DNA of 63,227 bases, filler included, from Parasitella parasitica NRRL 2501 (Eukaryota; Fungi; Mucoromycota): assembly GCA_025201805.1 (NCBI GenBank). It is 9 parts of 9 records of this genome, joined end to end, with 100 filler letters (N's around TTAATTAATTAA, not from the genome) between each part and the next. Parts side by side here need not be neighbours in the genome. Positions count along the whole stretch, not along the records: positions 1 to 1,671 come from MU619484.1; positions 1,772 to 4,798 come from MU619468.1; positions 4,899 to 33,209 come from MU619244.1; 6 more parts are not named here. The stretch is one strand, 5' to 3'. Each line of letters opens with the position of its first letter. Within the stretch, counting starts at the first letter, position 1. The position numbers and the translations under genes were made by a program. This document shows positions 1-11,411 of the stretch, piece by piece. The notes below the pieces were generated by a model. The model was given only the letters and a program-made list of their open reading frames with translations, was not told the DNA's origin and made no database searches.

Positions 1-291
1 CTTTCATTGTTTGATGAATTGTTCCTTTTCAGGCTTTAGTTTGTGGCACAACATGCTATTTTGACATATGTCAATTTCTATCCCTGCTATATTTGTTTAT
101 CTTTGTAGTCATAGCTTCTATTGTTGGGAAGATGACAATCTAGTCTTGTTCACTTCAGGTGGAAAGAAATTTCTCGCAAGAATTACTTGAGACCGTCAGA
201 ACAAAATAGGAAATGTCATTACTGTGCTAATCCAGAGTCTGAAAAGGTATCAGAGGCATCAAAATATTCATTGTGACCTGAGAAATTGATT

Positions 292-1487
292 TCACTGATA
301 ATGGCGAACAAACGTTTCGGACGAAGCCCAGTTACCAAGAGCCGTAATGCTATCCAGCGAAACACCGAGGTCCAAAGCACGTGAAGAGGCCAACGACCGA
401 ATAGAAACTCCAGGTTCGTTAGTACATAATGAAATGAAATTACGGTGAAGCCAGGTAGATATTGTTGACGAGGTTAAAGATTGGTTCACATATTGTTGGA
501 CTTGATAAAAAGAGCATGGAATTGGCTGGGCGAGCTTGTAGTCCTGGATGATCCCGGAGTGCCTTGAAGCATTGAATGGGGCACAATTCGACATTCTCCG
601 CATGGGGATGAACCGTAAATGGTTTGATGATGCGCCTTTTACCCCGAGTTTCTTTTGGAGCCACCACCTGAAAGAGCAGACGATTAGTATCCGAAATTTA
701 GCAAATTCAAAAGGGATTCGAGTCAAGTCCGAGGGTCTCAGAAAAGCTGCCATAGCTAACAGAAAAGCCAGTTTTTCTTGCAGTAGTTTGACGGATGTAG
801 TAGGGCGAGAAGCAATCGAACAAGCAAAGACCAGGGCAGGTGAGACGTCAATTGTTAGCCGATGAATCAACGTTGGGGGATCTAACTTAGCTAAAGCATC
901 GAGGTAAAAATTGATTAATGTATTTTGTTGAAGACACTATTAGGTTCGAGATGAAGATGAGAGATAGCTGCACGGGCGGTTTTCAACGTCGATGTTTGAT
1001 GGTGTTGTTGAGTATCCCGCATTGTTGAAAGAAAATTAACTACATCTAGAGAAGTAAACCTGTCGAAGGAAATCTGATTCTTCACAGCGAAATCCAAAAA
1101 GCGCAATTGATGTTTCTTGTAACACTTGATAGTCGCCGAAGGATGAAGATGTTGATGAAACAAGTCCTGAGTAGCTGTAGGATTGAGACCTAATGCGTTA
1201 ATCCGGTTGCGGATAACTTCCAAACGAAGAGCGTCCAGTTGTTCTGTAGTAAGGGATGTGTTGTCATTGGAGAGGTCGTTTGAACCTGATGGCTGTCCAG
1301 AATGAGAGGAGGGCAAAGACGTAGAGCTTTCACCATGGGAAAACAGATGGCACTCGGTCAAAACGAGATTACGAGAACTATGTACGGAATTTGTTCTAAC
1401 CGGATCTTCTGAAGCACCCGAGAAATTAAGTTCCAAGGTGGATTTGCATATAACAGCCCTAGATTCCTCCATGTCATGGTGAACGCA
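292..1487 (-). mobile_element. Degenerate DIRS-type tyrosine-recombinase retrotransposon (3' part: methyltransferase-like domain plus YR ORF), frameshifted
   Basis: YR motifs LRPSDL and SIRSLASSRALDLGVSLDSITALGNWASSETFVRHY. An overlapping frame at about 1330-1487 reads AFTMTWRNLGLLYANPPWNLISRVLQKIRLEQ, the DIRS MT-like NPPW motif. Several frameshifts and stops. Confidence 0.85.
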
Positions 1488-3115
1488 CACCATGGCTAAC
1501 TTCAGTGCTATTTTTTTTCACATTTATCATCAGTTCTAATGACTAGTGATTAGGTGTATTACTGGATGACTGGTGATAAACCATTTTATCACTAGTGATG
1601 CTTTTATCACAAAGACTAAATTCATGACCAGTGATAAATACGATAATCGCTTGCGATTAGCAATTAGCAGCNNNNNNNNNNNNNNNNNNNNNNNNNNNNN
1701 NNNNNNNNNNNNNNNTTAATTAATTAANNNNNNNNNNNNNNNNNNNNNNNNNNNNNNNNNNNNNNNNNNNNGATGCTGCCGCTTTTTCTATACCTCCTCC
1801 TATTCCGCGCAACGACATTACTAGAAGAAGAAGACGTAGTTCGGATGATGAAGGAGACTCTTACAGAGTAGCAGGAAGAGGTAGAAGGCGGGCAAATTAG
1901 TGTTTTTTTTTTTCATTTATAATAAATGTTATTCAATTTTGGCACCTGCGAGCTCATATATGTTTATCTCAGTAAATAAATTTGCTGTATTCGGAAAATG
2001 GCAAGCAAACTTCAGTAATCACTAATCACCATTTCAATCACAACAAAATTTGTACAACAACCACACCAAATACTTACGGATATCCTCGTTGCTTCGACTT
2101 TGCCACTAATTTGAAAACTATAAATATGTGTACATTTTGGATCTCTTTTTTATTTTTTCTCTCAAATATCAGTTTTCTTACAAATATTAGATACTATCAA
2201 CTGTCATCAACACACAGATGGGGCTCTTTTTATGAAGGTACAGCAAGTCTGATTAGTATTCCGTGGGTGTTAATATGTTATGTGCTAAATTTTACTCACT
2301 GTGATATTTCCATCGTAGATTTCTCCTACCTTGTATAAGTTTAATGATGGTAAGCTGTTATTCTTTCTATCGCATAATGCATATAGCTAATTACCATTGT
2401 GTATAGGTATAATACTGCTGCTTTTCGTTTGTAATTTTTTCAGTTTGTTGTCTTAATATTTCTGTATAAAACAGTTTACAGGCCTTTATTGCTATAATAT
2501 CTTCTTATAAAGTGTCTTATCCTATACATATAGCAGATATATTACTATATAAAAAATATAGCACCTTGTCATATGCGGACAACATCATATATATATGTAT
2601 ACAGCTGCCATGAACATTTATCATAATAATAATATCTTTTGTGTCAGTTCCTCTATACTCCAATAATTTTTTCAGACAAAAATATATGCCTATTTTCAAA
2701 TAAAATAGATTTTTTTCTATCTATAATAACAAAAAGAAACATAATCCAACGTGATATGTAATTGCTGCTGAAAGTTTTTTGGATAATTTTGAATAAATGT
2801 TTATTACCGTGATTTCATAGCAAAACGTACCAGTGCTATAATGAATTTTGTGATTAGGGCTATTTGTTTTTACCCAGTGATTGTTCTATAACTAGAATCA
2901 CTGTTTATTCTCCAGTGATTAATTTATCAATGCTGCTAATTGCTAATCACAAGCGATTATAGTATTTATCACTGGTCATCAATTTAGTCTTTGTGATAAA
3001 AGCATCACTGGTGATAAAATGGTTTATCACCAGTCATCCAGTAAAACACCTAATCACTAGTCATTAGAACTGATGATAAATGTGAAAAAAAATAGCACTG
3101 AAGTTAGCCATGGTG
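1488..3115. mobile_element. Long-TIR DNA transposon ends, CMC/CACTA-like (about 184-bp inverted repeats at 1488-1671 and 2932-3115), with an assembly gap between them
   Basis: CACCATGGCTAACTTCAGTGC at 1488 is mirrored by GCACTGAAGTTAGCCATGGTG ending 3115. Repeated palindromic ATCACTRGTGAT subterminal motifs. An ORF tail ends at about 1900. No clear TSD. Confidence 0.7.
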
Positions 3116-4486
3116 TTGTGGTTGACACAGGCAATGATGGAAAACAGTGCGAGGTTACCTATTACACGATTTGAAATTGAAGCAACTGCTGAGGTATTTG
3201 CTATATACAAGAAAAGTGCATCAGTAAAATAAATTTTGTTGGAGACAATAACAAATAACCACCTACATTAATTGTGAAAAGAGATGATACACTACATCAT
3301 ATAAAATACTTGAAAAAAGAAGCAAGGAGGCAGCATCTTGAAAAAAAGTAGCAAGGTTTAGCTTCATAACTTCTAGAATCAAGGGCAAAAATGAACAGCA
3401 AACCTCTCATATTATCATATATGTTCAGATACTGGGCACAAAATTATACCTGTAGCATGCCTAAATAATAGAAGAGATCTAGTTTTAGTGTATATTAATA
3501 AAGCAAAAGAAGCAAGCCAAAAAGTATTCAATACTACCTTGACATTGACACCCAAACGACGTAATGCAAAAAAGTGATTCATACATAGCATTATCTTTAG
3601 CTAGTGCCTATATATATAGCAGTAAAAGAAGTCAGTCATTTAGTAGCTACAAACAATTTAATGCACATAGCAATACCATGCTCTCATATGAAAGATTGAG
3701 CTGAGTAGAGCCTCTATATATTATTGACAAAAGGATTATTAATAGTTCATTAGAATAAGCTGGAATACATACCATAATGATAGCAATACACAAAAAATAT
3801 GTTTGCGTATGATTTATTTATTCCAAGCTATACTGCAAGCTTTTCCTTTATAATAAAAAATAAGCTACAATTTCTTGTGATGAAACTACAGATACGTGAA
3901 GATGTTAGTACTCTGTATAGTGTACTTATATTTGGCACAAAATGTGCTAATATTGTCTGTTTTTTAAAGTTAAAATACCAGTTTATAAAGTTGTAAAGTT
4001 AGTGAAAACAAAAGAAAAAGACCAAGGAGAAGCTAACAAAGAAGCTAAAATATGCATTCGGTCATTACAATATGCAATGTTTGCGCTAAGCATACAGTAA
4101 AAAGCCAATAGAAAAACACCACTACAAGGTCATCTCAACATTTGAAAGCAAGGCATGTACAAACAAAAATATACTTTATTCAAGTATATTGCTACTGGTG
4201 CAAGCATTATCATCACCAGCGGCTTTTTTTTTCATCATCTTCTACAACACTTTGGTTAACAGTAGGTACTTCTTCGTCACTTTTTGCTCTCGAGTGAACA
4301 TTAGTTTGATCGTGCGAGCGTAAATAAACTTTTACTCAAAATAGATGCGATCTTTGCAATATCTCAACGAATATTTGGTAACAAATGTTACTACAAGCAC
4401 AAAAAAAATCGAAATGTCTCAGGAATAATATTATACAATTAAAAAATGAGCCATCTCAACTTTTTTTATAAATGTACATTTGGGCT

Positions 4487-4798
4487 TGTGAAATACATTC
4501 ACTATGATGATCTGCATTCCACTTCTAGATTCATCCAGTTACCTTAAATTGATATAAACTACATATGCGCACAGATAATAAGATGTGCAATACAGATTTA
4601 TACTATATAAGATATAAGCTAGAGACGGCACCATTAGGATGGATGACGCTATAGACTGATACTTATATCTCGACACAAGCCTTAGACATTTACTAGATTT
4701 AGTATATGCTACGAGCTTATGCTATATAAGATCTATGCTTCAGATACGTATCCCCAGTTTCCAGATACGCACTACAAGACATATACTTATATTCATGA
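4487..4798 (+). repeat. LTR-like repeat, family D (copies at 37332-37794 and reverse at about 49850-49911)
   Basis: Starts TGTGAAATACATTCAC and is nearly identical to the copy at 37332. Truncated by the gap. Confidence 0.7.
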
Positions 4799-4898
4799 NN
4801 NNNNNNNNNNNNNNNNNNNNNNNNNNNNNNNNNNNNNNNNNNTTAATTAATTAANNNNNNNNNNNNNNNNNNNNNNNNNNNNNNNNNNNNNNNNNNNN

Positions 4899-5760
4899 AG
4901 ATACTGGGCTGCGTCGTCGTGAGTTATCCACAAAGTCTTACCGTAGGCTGTGCAGTCCGTCGATAACTGAAAAACCGCTTCTCCCGCTCCCTTTCAGCCC
5001 TCATATTCCAGTGAATTGGTTTGATTTCTGGCTACTGCCGATATCTCATTCCTATCGCAATATTTGGTATCGCTTTCTGCACCAGAAAATTCCTCACAAA
5101 TCGCTTCTTCATCGTTTTGTTCCTGCTTTCTTCCCGACTTCTGCTTGCGTCCTCTGCTCTCACCCTGACGACACTCTGGATCATTTCCTTTTCTCGTGTC
5201 CCGTCAAACTATCAGTATGGCATACGATTCAATATCGTCACCTCCCATTCCTTTCCAATCCTTGGACCTCTTTTGATCTCCATCTACTCCTCACTACTGT
5301 TCGCTTTTCAACTGATTTTCCTTCATCAGCGCTCCTCGTAATCGCGGCCACACTGGAGTCTATTTGGATTTCTCATTGGTCTTTTGTCTTTTCTGACACC
5401 CCTTTTACCTTGGACTCTGTACTTTCGCTTGTGGAAACAAAGATCCTCAAGTATCAACAAGAGACTTTCATTGCAGCTGGAATTCCTCATTGTCCTCCGC
5501 CGTTCTTTTCTGTGAATTAGCTCTGCTTTTTCTTTTACCTTCTAGTCCACCAACAATCTTCAAAACGTAAAACATCCAGAAAAAAAAAAAAATTATATAA
5601 TGCAAAAGCCCAAAAACATCAAATAATGCAAACGACCTAAAAAACTCGATCCTCCTCCCCCTCATCTAGCAAAACAGAAAACCCCAAAAACACATTTGTG
5701 ACCTTTCAATTAACTGTTCACTCAATAAAATACGAGACCTAGTCTCCTTATAAACAAAAA
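4899..5760 (+). mobile_element. 3' fragment of an L1-like LINE (zf-RVT C-terminus, 3' UTR, short A tail)
   Basis: Almost identical to the reverse complement of 37895-38756. Contains CVLCSHPDDTLDHFLFSCP and ends ...CCTTATAAACAAAAA. Confidence 0.93.
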
Positions 5761-6829
5761 TTCTCTGTTAAGGTATAAATAGGAATGAGTAACTGGTTAA
5801 GAAATGTATTTAATGCAAGAGCACATACAACTAAAGATATAACTGTTGCTAAATAGTCAGCAACTGACGCTCCCTCTTGATCATTATTGGGAATTCTGAC
5901 TTCCCTTAGGACTGAACTAACAGTAACACCAGCAATGAACTTTGTAGCCGCGATTTGAAGCGTAAGCTTATTGAATTGGCATGTTACGGCAGTGATATGC
6001 TCAATACATTCATTGTACGGCAAGAGAGATACCCAGTAGTTCAATGCTTGCTCTCTTAAATATCTGGTCTTTTTGATGTCTTTTGAAGCACGTTCATTAG
6101 GCTTGTCTTCACAATAAAAAGCATCGTTTAGACCACTACTGTTCGTAAAAATGAAATCAAGCCTGACATTTTTTGTGTTTGCATCTAGAAGACCCATTTT
6201 TCGTAACGACTTAACAATTGAAGAGTGACATTCAGATCTGTAAGAGAAAAGAAGAAAGTTAGAATAACTATCTTAATGATACACATTCGTCTAAGCTAAT
6301 TTCCTTTGACACTCATTGATATACAAAAAATGAGATATAGGATTATTGCTTTACGTCTGATATCACTATATTTCATACCTTCTTGTTTCATAGCCTGCTT
6401 TTCCATTGAATATAAAATCAAAAAGATCTCCGTATACGTTCACACGATACTAATCTTCATTATGATGACCATTTAAGATATTACGATGCCAGAGGTTACA
6501 TCTAACATGAAAAAGTAAAACTATCAGTAGATAGCTTACAAAAGTCAATAAATTAACAATACTTACAGCTTTTGCACCGCCAATTTGATATACGGGAGTT
6601 CTGAATCATTACAGAACGGATCAATTTTGTCAACGGATTGGTATAGATCTTTCTTTGTGCGGCAATTGCTGATGACATTTAAAACATTGTACTCTTCATT
6701 CTTCAGTGTCATTGGCAGCGAAAGACGATAGTGTTGGCAAATACCATCAACCACAGCTCATAATCGTTTGGGAATTATTGATGTTCGTGTCAAGTCCAAT
6801 ACGGCATTAGTACCACTGTTCTAACATGA
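5761..6829 (-). pseudogene. Decayed multi-exon Mucorales orphan gene with a PD-(D/E)xK-like C-terminal motif, interrupted by the LINE and a TIR element
   Basis: Exon fragments 6563-6754 and 5748-6197 (RLDFIF...FYCEDK), with in-frame stops. The fold assignment is inference. Confidence 0.45.
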
Positions 6830-8048
6830 TTAATAGAGACCTTGCTAGGTTATAAATTTTTCAGATTTCTAAAACAGTACGATTTGTGTAATACCTGTAC
6901 TACGACAAGTTCTTTATAGAAATTACGTGAATTGGAAAGAAACTTGTAAAATTTTGTGCATGTCATAATTATTACATTTTTTCCCCGTTATCAATACACA
7001 AAGCAAAATAATTACTAAAAATATGGACTACACTACTATTGAAAATGATTTGATCCTTTTAATACATGCTAGAAGCATGCGTGAATCTACCAAAAGACAA
7101 AGAGTAAAGTATTGAGCGTTTAATTTTGGAGGGATTGACAGATCAAAACCGCCTACGGCCTCTTCTTGGTTCGTTGAGCAAATGATTGCTATAACAATCC
7201 AGTAAAGTCATCACCTCTTCTTTCAATGACTGGACTAGGTGAAGTAAAGACGGGAGTCTTCATTGTCCTAATATTATTAATACTGTCATTTCCTTTGTCT
7301 TTATCCTTTGTCTTCTCGCTGTGATGAATTTCTCCTTCCAAAGACATCTTCTGCAACATCTTAGCGGCATCCTCTTTATCTTTCAACCCTTGAGCTCTCT
7401 TGCTTTTGTGCGCGGCAGCAGCGCCTTTATCATCGCTTCTCTACATGAGAATGTGAAAATTACTGTATCGTCTTATTTGTTAACATCGCATTTACCACCT
7501 CCAAGCTTTGCGAGCTGCTTCATCCATCTCAGGAGTAGAGTTACCACTACTTGACTTGTTGTTCTAAGTTTTTCCGTAAAGGTGCTCATCAATTTTTTAC
7601 ACCTTTCTTGAACAGCTTGTCTCTTTAGACTATTTGGTCACTATCTATACTGTTCACATCCTCAGCAACCTTCTCCCGTTGTTGTATTTGTTCACCGTGG
7701 ACTACACGACGTGGTCGAAATTTCACATAAGCCCGAAGCAGCTCTAGTGTCGTTGTGCTTGTCCATACACCTCTCTACATTAATGCAACGAGGAGTCTTG
7801 TTTGCCTTCACTGTTGTTATCAACACATGGCTACTGGTTCCTGATCTTTGACGTTTTCTTCTGCCATCAGTTTCATTATGTTGAGGGTCTATTCAATAAA
7901 ACTTGCTTTTGTTTTGTTCATTTTAGGGCACATATTGTTGATTTTTGCTTTTAGTAGAGAAAAGACGGCTTGAATACAATTTTTCATCAAAATTTTGGCC
8001 TAAACCCAAAATTTTATAAATTGCAACATTTCATACCATTTTGTTATA

Positions 8049-9744
8049 CACCTTTTCTCAAAATGATGTCGCACAATAAAAATTTAAGTTGTCGCACTTT
8101 TTTGAAAAAAGATGACGTATTTCCGAGAAAAAAAGTGTCGCACTTTCAAGAAAAAATATGTCGCAATTTTCAGAAAAAAGATGTCGCATTTTCAGGGAAA
8201 AAGATGGCGCATCGCATTTTTATTAAATAGGAAGACAATTCAAACAGTCATCAAAACGTCTCACAGAATAACGAGCGAAGCCTTCGAAGGATGATGGCAA
8301 TACACCGTTGCAAGCATCGCCAATCTTAGCAGGAAGCGTGTCTTTCTTGAGAATAAACTCCCTTTTAACACCACTCTTGACAACTGACCAAAATTGTTCG
8401 ATTGGATTTAGCTCAGGAGAGTAGGGTGGTAAATAGATACATTTATACCCACGAGACTCAATAGCAACTCTAATCAACTTAGATGTGTGGATGGGAGCAT
8501 TGTCCATCAACAAGTAGTGGCCCTTCATTTCAGGATATTTATCCATCTCTTCGAGAATATCATCAATAAACCTCAGGTAATGGTTAGTTATGGTTCCTTT
8601 TGTTTGTGCTTTAGCCCCTCCTGCTAGCTTTCGTTTTTTGGAAGGGGGTATAGGCTTTCTCAAACAAACCTTGATCAAGCCTTTACTTGATATAGCACCC
8701 AAGATTGAAATCAAGTTTGCTCTTGCCGTAAGTACCTTCACAATAGCTGGCTCTCCCTTCGGGGCCCATCCCTGAGTTCTTCTCAAATTTGCATTAAATC
8801 CTGCCTCATCAATGAAGACACAGTTACTCATGTAGTCTACGCCCATATTCTTCATCTCCTCCACCCATTTCTTTCTCGCCTGAATCCTCTCTGGAGTGTT
8901 TCGCTCTAAAGGCTCCAGTTGCACTTTCTTCAAACTTAAAATCCAAAGATCATTCAAATAACGATACAGTGTGGGTTTCGAAAGCGATAAACCCTCAAAA
9001 GTACTAGTCAATCGATCAAGTAGCTGGTCAGCTGTGGCGGTTGGCTGCTTGTAATAAAACTCTGTAACAGCGTTCCTCGTTGCTTCTGCCAATTCACCTT
9101 CTGCTTCAATAATTCTTGGTCGGCCAATAATTTTGAACAAAGAGTCTGGGTCTTTCTTCCAGGTACTATACCACCGTTGTAAACTTCTTGGTTCTAAACC
9201 CAAATCCAGAGCGACTGCTCTAGCGCTATTCTTTGGGTGTATATCAACCAAGTGAACGGCATGTGCCTTAACTTCATTACTGACTCGTTTGTTCTTGATA
9301 ATGTTATTTTTTGCCTCTTTGGAATCAGTTTTTTTATTTTTGGTAGCTTTGTGTTCCAAAAAGGTTGAATCCTGATCAACTTCCATCATCCCTTTCTCTC
9401 TAGCCTCGATATAAGCGCTATAGGATGCAAGTTCCTCTAACTTGTACGGATCATCATTCCCAGTGATATCCATTGGGTCATTTCCATCCTCATCCAGGAC
9501 ATTTCCTTGTCCATCCTCAAAATAAAATGAATAGCTCATCATTGTAAATGTACTTCAAGAAAAAAAAGTACTGAAATTTAGGCGACATCTTTTTCCCCTA
9601 AAAATGCGACATCTTTTTTCTGAAAAGTGCGACATATTTTTTCTTGAAAGTGCGACACTTTTTTTCTCGGAAATACGTCATCTTTTTTCAAAAAAGTGCG
9701 ACAACTTAAATTTTTATTGTGCGACATCATTTTGAGAAAAGGTG
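8049..9744 (-). mobile_element. Complete Tc1/IS630-family (DD34E) transposon with about 160-bp TIRs and a TA target-site duplication
   Basis: TA|CACCTTTTCTCAAAATGATGTCGCAC...GTGCGACATCATTTTGAGAAAAGGTG|TA. The TIRs span about 8049-8210 and 9582-9744 and contain repeated TGTCGCA motifs. Confidence 0.95.
8223..9542 (-). CDS. Tc1/IS630-like DDE transposase, 439 aa, intact
   Basis: HTH region, FIDEAG, and MDNAPIH followed 34 residues later by the Glu of SPELNPIE (DD34E). Confidence 0.95.
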   Translation of the reverse strand: MMSYSFYFEDGQGNVLDEDGNDPMDITGNDDPYKLEELASYSAYIEAREKGMMEVDQDSTFLEHKATKNKKTDSKEAKNNIIKNKRVSNEVKAHAVHLVDIHPKNSARAVALDLGLEPRSLQRWYSTWKKDPDSLFKIIGRPRIIEAEGELAEATRNAVTEFYYKQPTATADQLLDRLTSTFEGLSLSKPTLYRYLNDLWILSLKKVQLEPLERNTPERIQARKKWVEEMKNMGVDYMSNCVFIDEAGFNANLRRTQGWAPKGEPAIVKVLTARANLISILGAISSKGLIKVCLRKPIPPSKKRKLAGGAKAQTKGTITNHYLRFIDDILEEMDKYPEMKGHYLLMDNAPIHTSKLIRVAIESRGYKCIYLPPYSPELNPIEQFWSVVKSGVKREFILKKDTLPAKIGDACNGVLPSSFEGFARYSVRRFDDCLNCLPI

Positions 9745-10242
9745 TAATATCCTACTTTCTTTAAATGGCAATGTTACATTTTTTTTACAAAAATGGCATG
9801 ATTTTTACAAAAATATTGTAAAAATTTCAAATATTTATAACCTAGCAAGGTCTCTATTAAATGAGTCTTTAGTTAATCTAACTGAATCGCTTTTCAAGCT
9901 GCTTGCTTTCTACTGATATTCCGTAATTCTATTATAAAGCACGTAGAAAATAACACCGAAGATAGTCAAAAGCAAACATAGAAAGGTAAAATATAAAATT
10001 TATATGTCTGGAAGGATGATGGATCTCTCGCCTTTGTAAGTTGTACATCGCGGCCGTGTATCGTTGTTCCCTCACTGCACAGGTATCTCATTTTTGCGGA
10101 AACTATTCGGGAGGCATTATCTTTGCATATGTCTGGGAGTAGACCTTCAGCTTAAATGAGGGAATGCCTTAACTTCCTGACTTTTTTTTTTTCTTTTTCT
10201 CTCTAATGTCATTGACTAATACTTTCCGTCGATGTACCACGA

Positions 10243-10851
10243 CTACTCTAACATTCTTGGTAATGAATGTGCAAATAATGAGCCTATATAGGTAATTCTG
10301 GTAGCGTATTCCACCAAGTTGTCAATTGATTTCATGAATGTTGTATTTGTGCATGTGATTTTAAGTGAAGACTTGATGGTGAAAGCTTCTATCTCTTCGT
10401 CATCATTGTGTTGAACCACCTTCTTTTCTTTTCGATGTGGACAGAGTTTACTGGTAGACCTTGCATGATCTGTCTTTTTACATGAAGGACACAGCATTGG
10501 TTTGTTGGATTTGTTTTGTTTCTTGAACTCCTCTAAAGCAACTTTTTTGTCTTCTTTCTGTTGGACTTTCTTAGATAAAGTAAGAGTTTTGCTGGAAGAA
10601 GAACTTATATCAATAAATGAGCTAGCAGTCTTTTCTGTTGAGCTAGAAGCCTTTGCTGTTGAACTCGAAGCATCGTTGGTGGTGGGAATGCCTGGTGTTG
10701 TCAAATCATCCTCCTCTTTTTGGTGATTCAAATCTGCACCTAAAACATAGTAAGACATATATTCTTTTCACAATGTATGTGTTAGATATTTACTTCTTAT
10801 AGCTCTCTTTCCTTTCCTATCTAGTGGATCGTCTTTATGTTTACGCTTCAT
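10243..10851 (-). pseudogene. Truncated N-terminal part of a probable Mucorales Fanzor1-like (TnpB-related) protein
   Basis: Short first exon MKRKHKDDPLDRKGKRAIR (ATG at 10851), an intron, then CPSCKKTDHARSTSKLCP and FTIKSSLKITC...LVEYATRITYIGSLFA, recalled as the N-terminal pattern of Mucorales Fanzor1 proteins. No RuvC follows. Confidence 0.55.
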
Positions 10852-11311
10852 ATATGTGTGAGGAGTAAATTCAGGAAAGAAAAAGAAGGGATGAACTTAC
10901 AACATTCTGTGATGTATTATGTTGAATTTGAAAAATTAGGCTCAATACAAAATCTCAAAGTGCATTACGATCAACACAGTGGATACTCGAAAAAAAAAAG
11001 GGTATAGTGTATAAAGTTTAACTATCTATACAAACTTTATTAACATTTTCTAAAATGGCCAGTATTTCTGTCCTGAATGCTCATATTAATGTTAGAAGTG
11101 TGAGGTTTATAGTATAAAATATATAAATGTGGGTTGAATAAAAGTAGTGAGCACCAGCTCCTGTTTTGAAAGTAGAACGACTTTGCATAAAGAAGAAAAG
11201 AGAAGAGTAAAATAGTAAAAGAGAATACAATCGATGGAAGAGCCAAGGGAGTAATTCAAAGAGCTTCAGAGACAAAAAAGCAAAGCAACAGTTAGCAAGC
11301 AGAGACAATTA

Positions 11312-11411
11312 CCAAAAAAGCAGACAAAACATTTCCGGGTTGTAAATAAAAGGGGGTGCTTTAAATGGCTTTTTTTTTTACTACCCGAAAATTTTTTGTC
11401 TGCTTTTTTGG
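11312..11411. repeat. About 100-bp imperfect palindrome/hairpin
   Basis: CCAAAAAAGCAGACAAAA...CGGGT mirrored by ACCCG...TTTTGTCTGCTTTTTTGG. Confidence 0.8.

Larger units (their letters stand above)
6834..9856. mobile_element. TIR DNA transposon carrying a degenerate Myb/SANT-like ORF (PIF/Harbinger-like accessory protein); it hosts the Tc1 insertion
   Basis: TAGAGACCTTGCTAGGTTATAAAT at 6834 is mirrored by ATTTATAACCTAGCAAGGTCTCTA ending 9856, flanked by TTAA on both sides. The minus strand at about 7620-7775 reads VWTSTTTLELLRAYVKFRP...HGEQIQQREKVAEDVN. Confidence 0.65.

Noticed and set aside
1672-1771. Recurrent TTAATTAATTAA palindrome within N runs (also at about 4.8, 33.2, 35.2, 37.8, 42.5, 44.4 and 61.3 kb)
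   Set aside because: It is an artificial contig-joining linker with stops in all six frames, not biology.
8049-8210. TGTCGCA periodic repeats as a CRISPR-like array
   Set aside because: They are explained as internal repeats of the Tc1 TIR, mirrored at 9582-9744.
10021-10170. Possible omegaRNA downstream of the Fanzor-like N-terminal fragment
   Set aside because: It reads as an open coding remnant on the minus strand, and no transposon end or convincing structure was seen.
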